Assembly (NCBI GenBank): GCA_943356445.1
Contig: CALREZ010000002.1
Location: 1-52,472 of the forward strand
From: Candidatus Nomurabacteria bacterium
Lineage (GTDB): Bacteria > Patescibacteriota > Minisyncoccia > Phycocordibacterales > CAIJYI01
DNA: 52,472 nucleotides
Direction of reading: 5' to 3'
Position numbers and translations under genes: made by a program. Position 1 is the first letter of the stretch; every line of letters starts with the position of its first letter. Positions 19,639-27,763 of the stretch are shown here, piece after piece. A model generated the notes under the pieces. The model was not told the origin of the DNA. It did no database searches and saw only the letters and a program-made list of their open reading frames with translations.

Positions 19639-20412
19639 ATGAAAATCATTTCTTGGAACATCAACGGGATTCGTTCTACTCACGATAAAAAACTTTTTCT
19701 CCCTTTTGTGGAGCAAACCAAACCGGATATTCTTTGTTTGCAAGAAACAAAAGCGATAGAAGAACAGCTTCCGGAAGAAATTGCTAAAATACCGGGATAT
19801 TTCTCGTATTTTGCTTCGCCGGAAACAAAAAAGGGTTATAGCGGCGTGGCAATTTACACAAAAGAAGAACCGAAAAAGGTGGAATATAGTATTGGTAACC
19901 CGGAGTTTGACAAAGAGGGCCGTGTACTCGTCGCTTATTACCCCGAATTCGTACTCTTAAACGTATATTTCCCTAACGGAGGAGGCGGAGAAGAGCGATT
20001 AAAGTATAAAATGGGCTTTTATGATGCGTTCCTCTCTTTTGTTGATCGTTTAAAAAAGAACGGACATAAAGTTATTTTTTGCGGAGATGTTAATACCGCG
20101 CATGAAGAAATAGATCTTGCTCGGCCGAAACAAAATGAAGACAATACCGGTTTTCTTCCTGAAGAACGCGCGTGGATTGATGAAGTTGTTTCTCATGGCT
20201 ACACGGATACGTTTCGCAACGAACATCCGAATAAAAAAGACGCCTATACTTTTTGGGATAGGAAGAGCCGCGCGCGCGACAGAAATGTCGGTTGGAGAAT
20301 AGATTATTTTTTCGTCAGCAATAATCTTTTACCGAAAATAAAGTCAACACATATTTTATCCGATATTCTCGGTTCTGATCACTGCCCAATTTCGCTTTCA
20401 TTAGAGCCGTAG
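19639..20412 (+). CDS. xth: Exodeoxyribonuclease III
   Basis: KIISWNINGIR, LCLQETK, GYSGVA, GDVNTAH, GWRIDYF, GSDHCP. Confidence 0.96.
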   Translation: MKIISWNINGIRSTHDKKLFLPFVEQTKPDILCLQETKAIEEQLPEEIAKIPGYFSYFASPETKKGYSGVAIYTKEEPKKVEYSIGNPEFDKEGRVLVAYYPEFVLLNVYFPNGGGGEERLKYKMGFYDAFLSFVDRLKKNGHKVIFCGDVNTAHEEIDLARPKQNEDNTGFLPEERAWIDEVVSHGYTDTFRNEHPNKKDAYTFWDRKSRARDRNVGWRIDYFFVSNNLLPKIKSTHILSDILGSDHCPISLSLEP

Positions 20413-20439
20413 TTTGGCGTGTCCTTTAAGGAAATTTAG

Positions 20440-20458
20440 TTATCCACAGTTATCCACA
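20440..20458 (+). promoter_or_regulatory. Two tandem perfect DnaA boxes
   Basis: TTATCCACA-G-TTATCCACA. Confidence 0.7.
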
Positions 20459-20499
20459 ATAAAGGACTTGCATATAAAGGACAAGAAAGTATAATAATA

Positions 20500-20667
20500 A
20501 TCAGATAGTGATTCAATAAATAGATAACCAAGGGAACATATTTGTTCCATCGCCTCAACAAAGGTAAACATCTATAAAAACATTATCATAGTTAGTCACA
20601 TTTGTTCTTTCCTCGCACAAGAAAAATAGAATATACCCCAAGGGCCGCACATGCGGCCCTTTCTTTA
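20500..20667 (+). ncRNA. Candidate small RNA
   Basis: TTGCAT (20468) and TATAAT (20490) promoter, no ATG ORF, GC-rich terminator AAGGGCCGCACATGCGGCCCTTTCTTT. Confidence 0.4.
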
Positions 20668-20681
20668 TAATGAGTGCTAAC

Positions 20682-20806
20682 AGAGCGGTCTTTTCCGCGA
20701 TCTTCGCGTTAAATTTCAGAAAAAATCGTGGAGCAGTACTTTTGTACAGCTTCGCGATTTTTTCTGAAATTTAACGCGAAGGAGGGTCATCGGAAAATCC
20801 TCGCTC
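20682..20806. repeat. Long inverted repeat (MITE/REP-like hairpin)
   Basis: CTTCGCGTTAAATTTCAGAAAAAATCG ... CGATTTTTTCTGAAATTTAACGCGAAG (core 20702-20781) plus outer arms. Confidence 0.8.
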
Positions 20807-20855
20807 TTTATTTTGGTGGTAAATTTAATTCTGAAACACTGTTTTTTGACTTATT

Positions 20856-21212
20856 GTGTCGCATCAAGTAGTGTTTACTCTGGAAACACTGTTATTTTTA
20901 TTGTCAAAAGGAACTATTATGCAACTTGCTATAGATCTTCTGAAACGAATCAATCTGTTCTATATAAACTTTGGAAGAAGTTCAAACGAAAAAGTGCTTA
21001 TTACCTATTTTAATATGACGCAAGGTGAAAGCGCTGAAAGTGTTCAAAGTTCCCTCTCCCGGTTGTTTCAAAAGAGTCTGATTATGCGAATACCTCAAGA
21101 AGGAAAAGAGGGACCATGTACGGAAATTATTCCCACTGAGTACACGCTTGGGTTGCTGGATAATTATTCTGTTGAAGAAATTTTCTTCAACAGGATGCAA
21201 AAACAAGACTAA
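20856..21212 (+). CDS. Hypothetical protein, possible winged-helix (ATG 20919 likely start)
   Basis: ESVQSSLSRLFQKSLIMRI resembles a wHTH recognition helix and wing; terminator at 21218-21247. Confidence 0.55.
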   Translation: MSHQVVFTLETLLFLLSKGTIMQLAIDLLKRINLFYINFGRSSNEKVLITYFNMTQGESAESVQSSLSRLFQKSLIMRIPQEGKEGPCTEIIPTEYTLGLLDNYSVEEIFFNRMQKQD

Positions 21213-21269
21213 AATACAAAAACGCGGCCAAATAGCCGCGTTTTTTTAAACAAGAAAGAAGATATTTTA

Positions 21270-21533
21270 TTATTGATAGATTTCGTGCGAACCTATTTTT
21301 AATAAAAATACCGTATTTCCTTCCCCGTATTCAAAAATGATTCGGAATTTGTAATTTACGGAAAAACTATAAAAACCGGATAATTGCCCGCTAAGTTTAT
21401 GAACTTTTAACAGTTTATGATTTTCTTGGTTCTTAAAAAGTTCAATTTTTTCAATAGTCTCATCTTGAAGCGGTGTCGGAAGCGATTTCCACTGACGGAT
21501 GAATATGGGGGCATAAGCAATATCTAATTCCAT
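21270..21533 (-). CDS. RelE/ParE-family toxin
   Basis: LKVHKLSGQLSGFYSFSVNYKFRIIF...IGSHEIY. Confidence 0.85.
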   Translation of the reverse strand: MELDIAYAPIFIRQWKSLPTPLQDETIEKIELFKNQENHKLLKVHKLSGQLSGFYSFSVNYKFRIIFEYGEGNTVFLLKIGSHEIYQ

Positions 21534-21546
21534 AGAAAAAAGAGGG

Positions 21547-21768
21547 TTATCCTAATTGCCGAGCAATATCTCTTATATCTCCGCGTATTGCCTTCCCTGC
21601 GCGAATTTCTTGTTGCGCTTTAAGGATGTCGCCAATAGCTTCATCTTCTGCAAGAAGGTGAAGCGCCTGCCTCACCACTTCGGCTTTATTTGAAGCCTTC
21701 CCTCTTTTTATAAAGGAATCAATAAACTCTTCAAGTGTTTGGTTTAATGGAACAGAAAGTGTACTCAT
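21547..21768 (-). CDS. RHH (ParD-like) antitoxin
   Basis: TLSVPL...FI...NKAEVVRQALHLL; directly upstream of the toxin. Confidence 0.8.
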   Translation of the reverse strand: MSTLSVPLNQTLEEFIDSFIKRGKASNKAEVVRQALHLLAEDEAIGDILKAQQEIRAGKAIRGDIRDIARQLG

Positions 21769-21839
21769 AATAATGTATGATATTATACTATGATAATATC
21801 ATATTTTATTTTTTCACCATAGTCAAGACAAGTAAAATC

Positions 21840-23492
21840 TTATTTTACCCCGTGTTTCTTGCGTATTTCGGTAAGTTCTTGTTGTTCGGCTTCTGCTTTG
21901 GCTTCTTTTCCCTCTTCACCAAGCTTTTTGAGCTCTGATTCCGGGAGTTTTATAAGTTCTAATGTGCGTTTCTCAAGATATTCCGCGGTATTGAGATTTG
22001 GATCTTCCAAAACTTCTTCCAAAAGCGCGTGCAGGATAAGTCCAAGTTTTGGTCCCGGTGTTTCATGTGTAACCTCCATAATCCTCGTTCCGTCTATTTT
22101 GAGCATCCCAACAGATACCGGGGCCCTCATAGCCTCGTCTATCATTGCCTCGTATTTTCGCAAGCGATAAGGCTTTTCAACCGGTCTTCCCATCCCGATA
22201 CGGTCACAGGCCCTTATTTTCATAAGATCCCAGACGTTTTCCGCTCCGACATTCGCTACAATCCTTCTTACGGCAGAAAGCGTTATTTTTTCCACATCCG
22301 AGAAGAAAAGATGGTACCTTACCAGTGATGAAACACTATCCGTAAGTTTCACGGGAAACCTGAGACGTTCCATTACCTTCTTGGAAACCCTTCCTCCGAC
22401 AACGTCATGGCCGTAAAACGTCCAATTATCCTTCTCTTTTGACCATCTGCGGGTATCCGGTTTGGCAATATCATGGAAAAGGGCCCCTAAACGAATGTGG
22501 AGAGGCCAGTGGTTTCTAGCAGAATGATCAAGCGCTCGGATATTATGCTCCCAGACGGTATAGATATGACTGCCATTTTGTTCCACCCCGATACCATTTT
22601 CCAATTCCGGAGCTATAAAACGAAGCAAGTTGAGTTGATGGGTCAGGATAATACCCTCCATGGCATTATCCGACATAATCATTTTTGTGAATTCGTCACG
22701 TATTCTTTCGTATGAAACATGTTTTAGGTTATCGGAAAGCCTTTTTATGGCATCTTCCGTCTCTTTTTCTATGGTAAAACCCAATTCCGTAGCAAAACGA
22801 GCGGCACGAAGCAGACGGAGCGCGTCTTCATTGAAACGGTCTTCAGGATTCCCTATGGCTCTGACTATTTTGTCCTTTATATCCTCTTGTCCTTTATAAA
22901 GATCAATAATAACCCTCTCTTTTGGGTTGTATGCCAGCGCATTTATCGTAAAATCACGGCGTTTGAGGTCATCTTCCAGTTTTTTACTGAAAGTTACCTC
23001 ATTTGGATGCCGTTTATCGCTATATTCGGACTCCATACGGTAAGGGGTAACTTCTATGATGACTGTTTCATGTGTAACTATCTGATTGATCGCTCCCGCG
23101 GGTCGCTGGGGTGTAGGGGCCTGTCCAGTGACAGGCGGATGAAAACCAATGGTTTTCATACTTTCCTTTGTTTCACATGTAACATTTTCGTCACCATCAT
23201 CTGATGTTTCATGTGCAACACTCTGCCGGATGGGGTTTGTAACCCCATCCGGAACGTTTGTGTCCACCACTACCCCCACCGTTCCAAACGTATTCTCGTA
23301 GAAGGTTTTTTCAAAAAGGCCGATTATTTCTTCCGGAACGGCATTTGTGGTAACATCCCAGTCTTTCGGTTCTCTCCCTAAGATAAGGTCTCTTACGCAG
23401 CCGCCGACCAAATAAGCTTCAAAACCGGCGTCTTGAAGAGTTTCTGTTACACGTGTAACATATGATGGAATATGGCTTTGCAAGTCTTTCAT
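21840..23492 (-). CDS. cca: CCA tRNA nucleotidyltransferase with HD domain
   Basis: LVGGCVRD, DWDVTT, DLKRRDFTINALA, RFNEDALRLLRAARF, LFHDIAKP. Confidence 0.92.
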   Translation of the reverse strand: MKDLQSHIPSYVTRVTETLQDAGFEAYLVGGCVRDLILGREPKDWDVTTNAVPEEIIGLFEKTFYENTFGTVGVVVDTNVPDGVTNPIRQSVAHETSDDGDENVTCETKESMKTIGFHPPVTGQAPTPQRPAGAINQIVTHETVIIEVTPYRMESEYSDKRHPNEVTFSKKLEDDLKRRDFTINALAYNPKERVIIDLYKGQEDIKDKIVRAIGNPEDRFNEDALRLLRAARFATELGFTIEKETEDAIKRLSDNLKHVSYERIRDEFTKMIMSDNAMEGIILTHQLNLLRFIAPELENGIGVEQNGSHIYTVWEHNIRALDHSARNHWPLHIRLGALFHDIAKPDTRRWSKEKDNWTFYGHDVVGGRVSKKVMERLRFPVKLTDSVSSLVRYHLFFSDVEKITLSAVRRIVANVGAENVWDLMKIRACDRIGMGRPVEKPYRLRKYEAMIDEAMRAPVSVGMLKIDGTRIMEVTHETPGPKLGLILHALLEEVLEDPNLNTAEYLEKRTLELIKLPESELKKLGEEGKEAKAEAEQQELTEIRKKHGVK

Positions 23493-23552
23493 AAACGTAA
23501 TTGTAACAAATTTTTGATATTTTGCGAATTTTAGTGTAGTATACGGTTATAA

Positions 23553-23624
23553 GCGCCCGTAGTGAAACGGATATCACTTCAGTCTTCGAAACTGACAGTC
23601 CAGGTTCGAGTCCTGGCGGGCGCA
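23553..23624 (+). tRNA. tRNA-Arg(TCG)
   Basis: Cloverleaf; anticodon arm TCAGT-CTTCGAA-ACTGA; GTTCGAG T-loop; CCA not encoded. Confidence 0.92.
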
Positions 23625-23687
23625 CAGGAGATATATAGATATTTTTTCTATTGAAAAAACTTTTATTTTTCGTATAATGGCTACATC

Positions 23688-23758
23688 GCGGGTATAGTTT
23701 AGTGGTAGAATATGACATTGCCAATGTTAAGGCGAGAGTTCGATTCTCTCTACCCGCA
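23688..23758 (+). tRNA. tRNA-Gly(GCC)
   Basis: GCGGGTA...TGACA-TTGCCAA-TGTTA...TACCCGCA; TTGAAA/TATAAT promoter upstream. Confidence 0.93.
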
Positions 23759-23837
23759 CAAGGAGAAAATACCGCCTAAAATGGCGGTATTTTCTTTGCA
23801 TTCTTGCTTTGTTTTTGCAAACTTTTTTGTGTATACT

Positions 23838-24152
23838 ATGAATATGGAAATTAAAACCGAGTTTGAATCCGCTCTTATTTTGCACAATATGCGCGAGTTT
23901 GTGATGGATAAACGAAAGTTTGACGAATGTATCCCGGAAAACATGAAAGAAGATCGAGAATATGGGTTTCTTGTGTCAGGACAACGCAATTATTGGCTTT
24001 TGGGAAAGTTTCCATTGCACGAAAAACGAGAAGATGGAGTGGTTTCGGAAGACCCTCGCGCTATTATCAATATCTTTGAAGTAACGCATTTCATTGATAA
24101 TGGGCAAATTTGCACGCGCGGAAAATACAAAATACTTCAGATCGTCGGATAA
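23838..24152 (+). CDS. Hypothetical protein
   Basis: 104 aa from ATG 23838; the longer tracked ORF overlaps the tRNA. Confidence 0.6.
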   Translation: MNMEIKTEFESALILHNMREFVMDKRKFDECIPENMKEDREYGFLVSGQRNYWLLGKFPLHEKREDGVVSEDPRAIINIFEVTHFIDNGQICTRGKYKILQIVG

Positions 24153-24220
24153 ATACTCATTCATTATGACTTTTACATGCCTCTTATGAGGCATTTTTTA
24201 TTCCCATAAATATGTAAAAC

Positions 24221-24249
24221 TGTGGATAACTCTGTGTACATGTGTATAA
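24221..24249 (-). promoter_or_regulatory. DnaA boxes in an AT-rich intergenic region
   Basis: TGTGGATAA at 24221, TGTGTATAA at 24241, degenerate box at 24233. Confidence 0.6.
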
Positions 24250-24433
24250 AGGACACCTTTTTTAATCATCAGCAAGCATTCTTTTTTTGACCTTTTGTCA
24301 ATAAATGTGGCTTAAAATAACGTTATTTGTTTAGGTCGTCAAGGAAAAAATAAGAAAATATAAAGGAAACAAAACAACGTTTCACATGAAACGTTGTTTT
24401 GTGGATTTCCTTTAAAAGGGGTATTATCTTTTT

Positions 24434-24943
24434 ATGCCAAAGACAGAAAAACAAGAAACCGGGGATATTGGAGAGAAAATTGCGGGACTTTTCTTGAAAT
24501 CTAGAGGATTTGAAATTGCGGGGACGAACTACCGAAAACCCTGGGGAGAAATTGATATTATTGTTCGCAAAAAAGGGAAGATTCATTTTATAGAAGTAAA
24601 GACGGTAAAATTACGAGAAAAAACATCGTCTGTTTCTTGTGAAACAAACATCGGCTTTTTTAGAAAGAGCGGGGAAGTTATTTTAGAAAAGTTTTCACCT
24701 CCGGAAAAGTCTTATGCTATCAAAGAAATTTTAAACGGAGATGAAACCAGTGGCAATGGGTATCGCCCAGAGGATAATTTGCACCCATGGAAACTGAAAC
24801 GATTAAAAAAGGCTATCTTGTCGTATCTGGAAGAAAAACGCATGACAGAAGAAGACGACTGGCAATTTGACGCCGTTACGGTTCGTCTTGATGAAAAAGG
24901 GAAGATTGCTATGGTTGAATACCTTGAGGATATAATACTCTAA
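24434..24943 (+). CDS. yraN: YraN-family endonuclease with internal insertion
   Basis: GDIGEKIA..FL, NYRKPWGEIDII, FIEVKT, WQFDAVTV. Confidence 0.88.
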   Translation: MPKTEKQETGDIGEKIAGLFLKSRGFEIAGTNYRKPWGEIDIIVRKKGKIHFIEVKTVKLREKTSSVSCETNIGFFRKSGEVILEKFSPPEKSYAIKEILNGDETSGNGYRPEDNLHPWKLKRLKKAILSYLEEKRMTEEDDWQFDAVTVRLDEKGKIAMVEYLEDIIL

Positions 24944-24993
24944 AAATTTTTACACAAGAGGGAGTCCTGTATAAAATCTGTTTTTTATTTTAG

Positions 24994-25064
24994 TCGGGGC
25001 GCCGAGAATCGAACTCGGTCTATCTGCTCCCAAAGCAGACGTACTGCCGGTATACTACGCCCCG
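24994..25064 (-). tRNA. tRNA-Pro(TGG)
   Basis: Reverse complement CGGGGCG...TCTGC-TTTGGGA-GCAGA...GTTCGATT...CGCCCCGA. Confidence 0.92.
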
Positions 25065-25220
25065 ATATCCAATACTCTAGCACAAATCAAATAAAAAATC
25101 ACGTAAAAATAATTTGACTATACGTGTCTGGTTTGCTATTATCAGCGGTGTCACTCCGCGGCACTGTCCGCGGAATTTTGTTTTTTGAAAATCAACATTC
25201 TCGCAAAAAAGGAGAAATAT

Positions 25221-26123
25221 ATGGAAAAACAGCAAAATCCTCAGTTTTTTAAAGAGGTGCGGTCTCAAGAAGATGCGACGGTAAAATTTATTTTCCGTGC
25301 GCCGGAAATAATTGAATTCAGCTATATTAACAAAAACGACGGCAAAGATATTATTTGTGCGCCGACGCAGACCTCGTGTAATCTTGGCTGCAAATTTTGT
25401 TTTTTGTCTGACTATAAGCTTAAAGTAAGGAATCTTCGTCTGGAAGAAATAATCGGCCCGATAGATCACGTTACAGAAAGCCTCGGTTTACTTTCTCATG
25501 AAAAACGCAATAAAGTGCTCCTTATTTCGTTTATGGGGTGCGGAGAACCGTTGTTGAATCTGAAAAACGTTATTTCTGCGGCAAAAAAGATACGCGAAAA
25601 GTATGCAAAGGAATATAACGTTGTTCGTTTTGCTATCGCGACCCTCGTACCAAAACCCTCGCTCCTTGTTCATCTTACAGAAGAAGTACAAAAAAACAGT
25701 CTTGCCGTTAAACTGCATTTATCACTCCATTCGCCGTTTGATGAAAAAAGAAAAGAGATTATGCCCTCTGCTTCCGGTATAAAGGAAAGCGTGGAGCTTT
25801 TAGAACAATTTCGCAAAGAAACGGGAAATTCCGCTGAGATTCACTATGCGATGATAGACGGCGTGAACGATAGAGATGAAGATCTTTTTGGTCTTATGGC
25901 TCTTTTTGAAGGAAGAGACATTCCGATAAAGTTTCTGATTTACAACGAAAAACCTTCGCTTGAATTGAAAGAATCCATGCGTGTGGCTTTCTTTCGCGAA
26001 GAACTTGCTAAACGGGGTATCGTTACAGAGTTCTATATTCCGCCCGGACGGGACGTTGGTAGCAGTTGCGGTCAGTTCCTTATGGAATACTACTTGGAAT
26101 TCAACCAGAATAAGAAGAAATAG
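25221..26123 (+). CDS. RlmN/Cfr-like radical SAM protein lacking the N-terminal domain
   Basis: CAPTQTSCNLGCKFC, FMGCGEPL, LSLHS, GVND, GSSCGQ; AGGAG RBS before ATG 25221. Confidence 0.85.
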   Translation: MEKQQNPQFFKEVRSQEDATVKFIFRAPEIIEFSYINKNDGKDIICAPTQTSCNLGCKFCFLSDYKLKVRNLRLEEIIGPIDHVTESLGLLSHEKRNKVLLISFMGCGEPLLNLKNVISAAKKIREKYAKEYNVVRFAIATLVPKPSLLVHLTEEVQKNSLAVKLHLSLHSPFDEKRKEIMPSASGIKESVELLEQFRKETGNSAEIHYAMIDGVNDRDEDLFGLMALFEGRDIPIKFLIYNEKPSLELKESMRVAFFREELAKRGIVTEFYIPPGRDVGSSCGQFLMEYYLEFNQNKKK

Positions 26124-26207
26124 TTTTATACAACCCCCGGAATTTTCCGGGGGTTATTTTTAACGGAAGTTTGCAAAAAGAAATTTGCGTATGGTATTAT
26201 AACAAAT

Positions 26208-26510
26208 ATGAATACTTACAAAGAAACGCTTGAAACAGCGAAAAGAGTAATAGATGGATTGGATATTTCCGCGGAAGACAAGGCTCTGCTCCATGAACGC
26301 GTACCACGCCTTTCTTTTGATGCGTTGGAGATATTCGTGTGGACGCTGGAAAAAGAACCGGCGGATGTCGCTACGCTTATTCAGAAAACCCGTCAATGGA
26401 TGGAATCACAAAACGATCCCATTGCGATCCAAAAAGCGATAGAAAAAGACAAAAAAGAACTTGAAGAGGCGATGGTCGCAGCCGAGGAGGAACAACCGTT
26501 AACTATTTAA
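26208..26510 (+). CDS. Hypothetical helical protein
   Basis: 100 aa ORF, operonic with the next gene. Confidence 0.65.
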   Translation: MNTYKETLETAKRVIDGLDISAEDKALLHERVPRLSFDALEIFVWTLEKEPADVATLIQKTRQWMESQNDPIAIQKAIEKDKKELEEAMVAAEEEQPLTI

Positions 26511-26514
26511 TTTT

Positions 26515-27483
26515 ATGGAAAAATTTCCTGGAGCAGAAGAAACAAATAAAGAGGAAGAAAAAGGGAAGGGGTATGATCTTCCGGCTGAATCATATCTGAA
26601 TCCGAATGAAATGCCTCAAATCAGCGAAAACAATACGGCAGAGAAGAAAGAAATGATACAGACCCATATCTCTTACTCAAACATGATAGGAGATACCTTG
26701 GAAAATCAGGCTCTTCGCAAGAATATGAGCAATGAGGAGATTGAAGCGCTGGCAACGGCCATGGTTAAGCAATACGAAGAAACAAGTATTGAAGAGGAAG
26801 AAGCGCAAGTTTCCGAGATTTTTGAGATGACCGAAACGGAAAACAGAGAGGAAATTAAAAAACTGGAAGAAAAAAAAGATACCTCTATTTTTACCCGAGC
26901 GGTAGAAGCGATGAAAGAATATCTGGTAAAGTATCCGAAAGTGGCAAAACTGGCAATGATAGGCGTCGTTGCGTATGAAATGGGGAATAACCCGGCCATG
27001 GCGGATGATACTTTCGGGCAAATGATTTATTCCGGTACCGAGGGGGCGTCGCGATACGCGTATTCTCAACAGGCGGGTCAAGAGCGATTGCAGTATAATG
27101 CAATGTATGGAGACCAGAGAGCTCGTTTGCAGTATCAAGCGGATACGCAAAGGGCAGAGCAGCAACGCCAACGGGAATACAGTCAACTGGATGATGCCAT
27201 TTTGCGGGCTCAGTCGTCAGAAAAGTATAAAGGAACACCGGAACAGGAAAAAAGTATCGCCAATCAGGTATATAGAATAAGACAGCAAATAGAGCAACGG
27301 TATCAGCTTAATGTTTCCAATGCTCAAATGAGAGCCCAAACAACTCAGCAGAATACGCAAATGAGGGCGCAGGAAATAGAGATGCAGAATAAAATGAGAC
27401 AGCAAGAGATTGCGGTGGGAGTAGGTTCCCAAATAGCGAATCAGGCCATCAATGGGATAATAAGGGGTGCTCTTGGACGCTAA
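26515..27483 (+). CDS. Hypothetical protein: acidic N-terminus, internal hydrophobic segment, Gln-rich coiled coil
   Basis: 322 aa ORF followed by a terminator at 27503-27540. Confidence 0.7.
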   Translation: MEKFPGAEETNKEEEKGKGYDLPAESYLNPNEMPQISENNTAEKKEMIQTHISYSNMIGDTLENQALRKNMSNEEIEALATAMVKQYEETSIEEEEAQVSEIFEMTETENREEIKKLEEKKDTSIFTRAVEAMKEYLVKYPKVAKLAMIGVVAYEMGNNPAMADDTFGQMIYSGTEGASRYAYSQQAGQERLQYNAMYGDQRARLQYQADTQRAEQQRQREYSQLDDAILRAQSSEKYKGTPEQEKSIANQVYRIRQQIEQRYQLNVSNAQMRAQTTQQNTQMRAQEIEMQNKMRQQEIAVGVGSQIANQAINGIIRGALGR

Positions 27484-27763
27484 ATCCTCGTTTATTTAGT
27501 CTGAAAAACAAGATCCGGTCTTTCGGGTCTTGTTTTTTTATTGTTGTTATGTTGGATTTTGTTATGCACACCCTGTTTTTAAAACAAAGAGAGTATAATA
27601 AAAACATAGAAGGAAGGGGTACTATACAAAACAAATACATCCCGCAGATACTCTGTAGAACGAGAATCGTAAGCATGGCGGGTTTTTTGGTGACCCGGAG
27701 CTGTGTAGCGAGTTGTATTATTTAGCGAAAAGAGTAAAAAATTATTAGTTTTTGAAGGAAATT

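Larger units (their letters stand above)
22059..24646. promoter_or_regulatory. Cluster of parS-like palindromes (centromere region)
   Basis: Near matches to TGTTTCACGTGAAACA at 22059, 22704 (weak), 23064, 23169, 23205, 23445, 24378 and 24631. Confidence 0.8.

Noticed and set aside
23060-23270. Intein or intron in cca
   Set aside because: The insertion is short, in frame and lacks intein termini or intron motifs. It is better explained by embedded parS sites.
27600-27763. NrdR boxes or a riboswitch upstream of nrdD
   Set aside because: No convincing match to the NrdR consensus or to a riboswitch core I can recognise.
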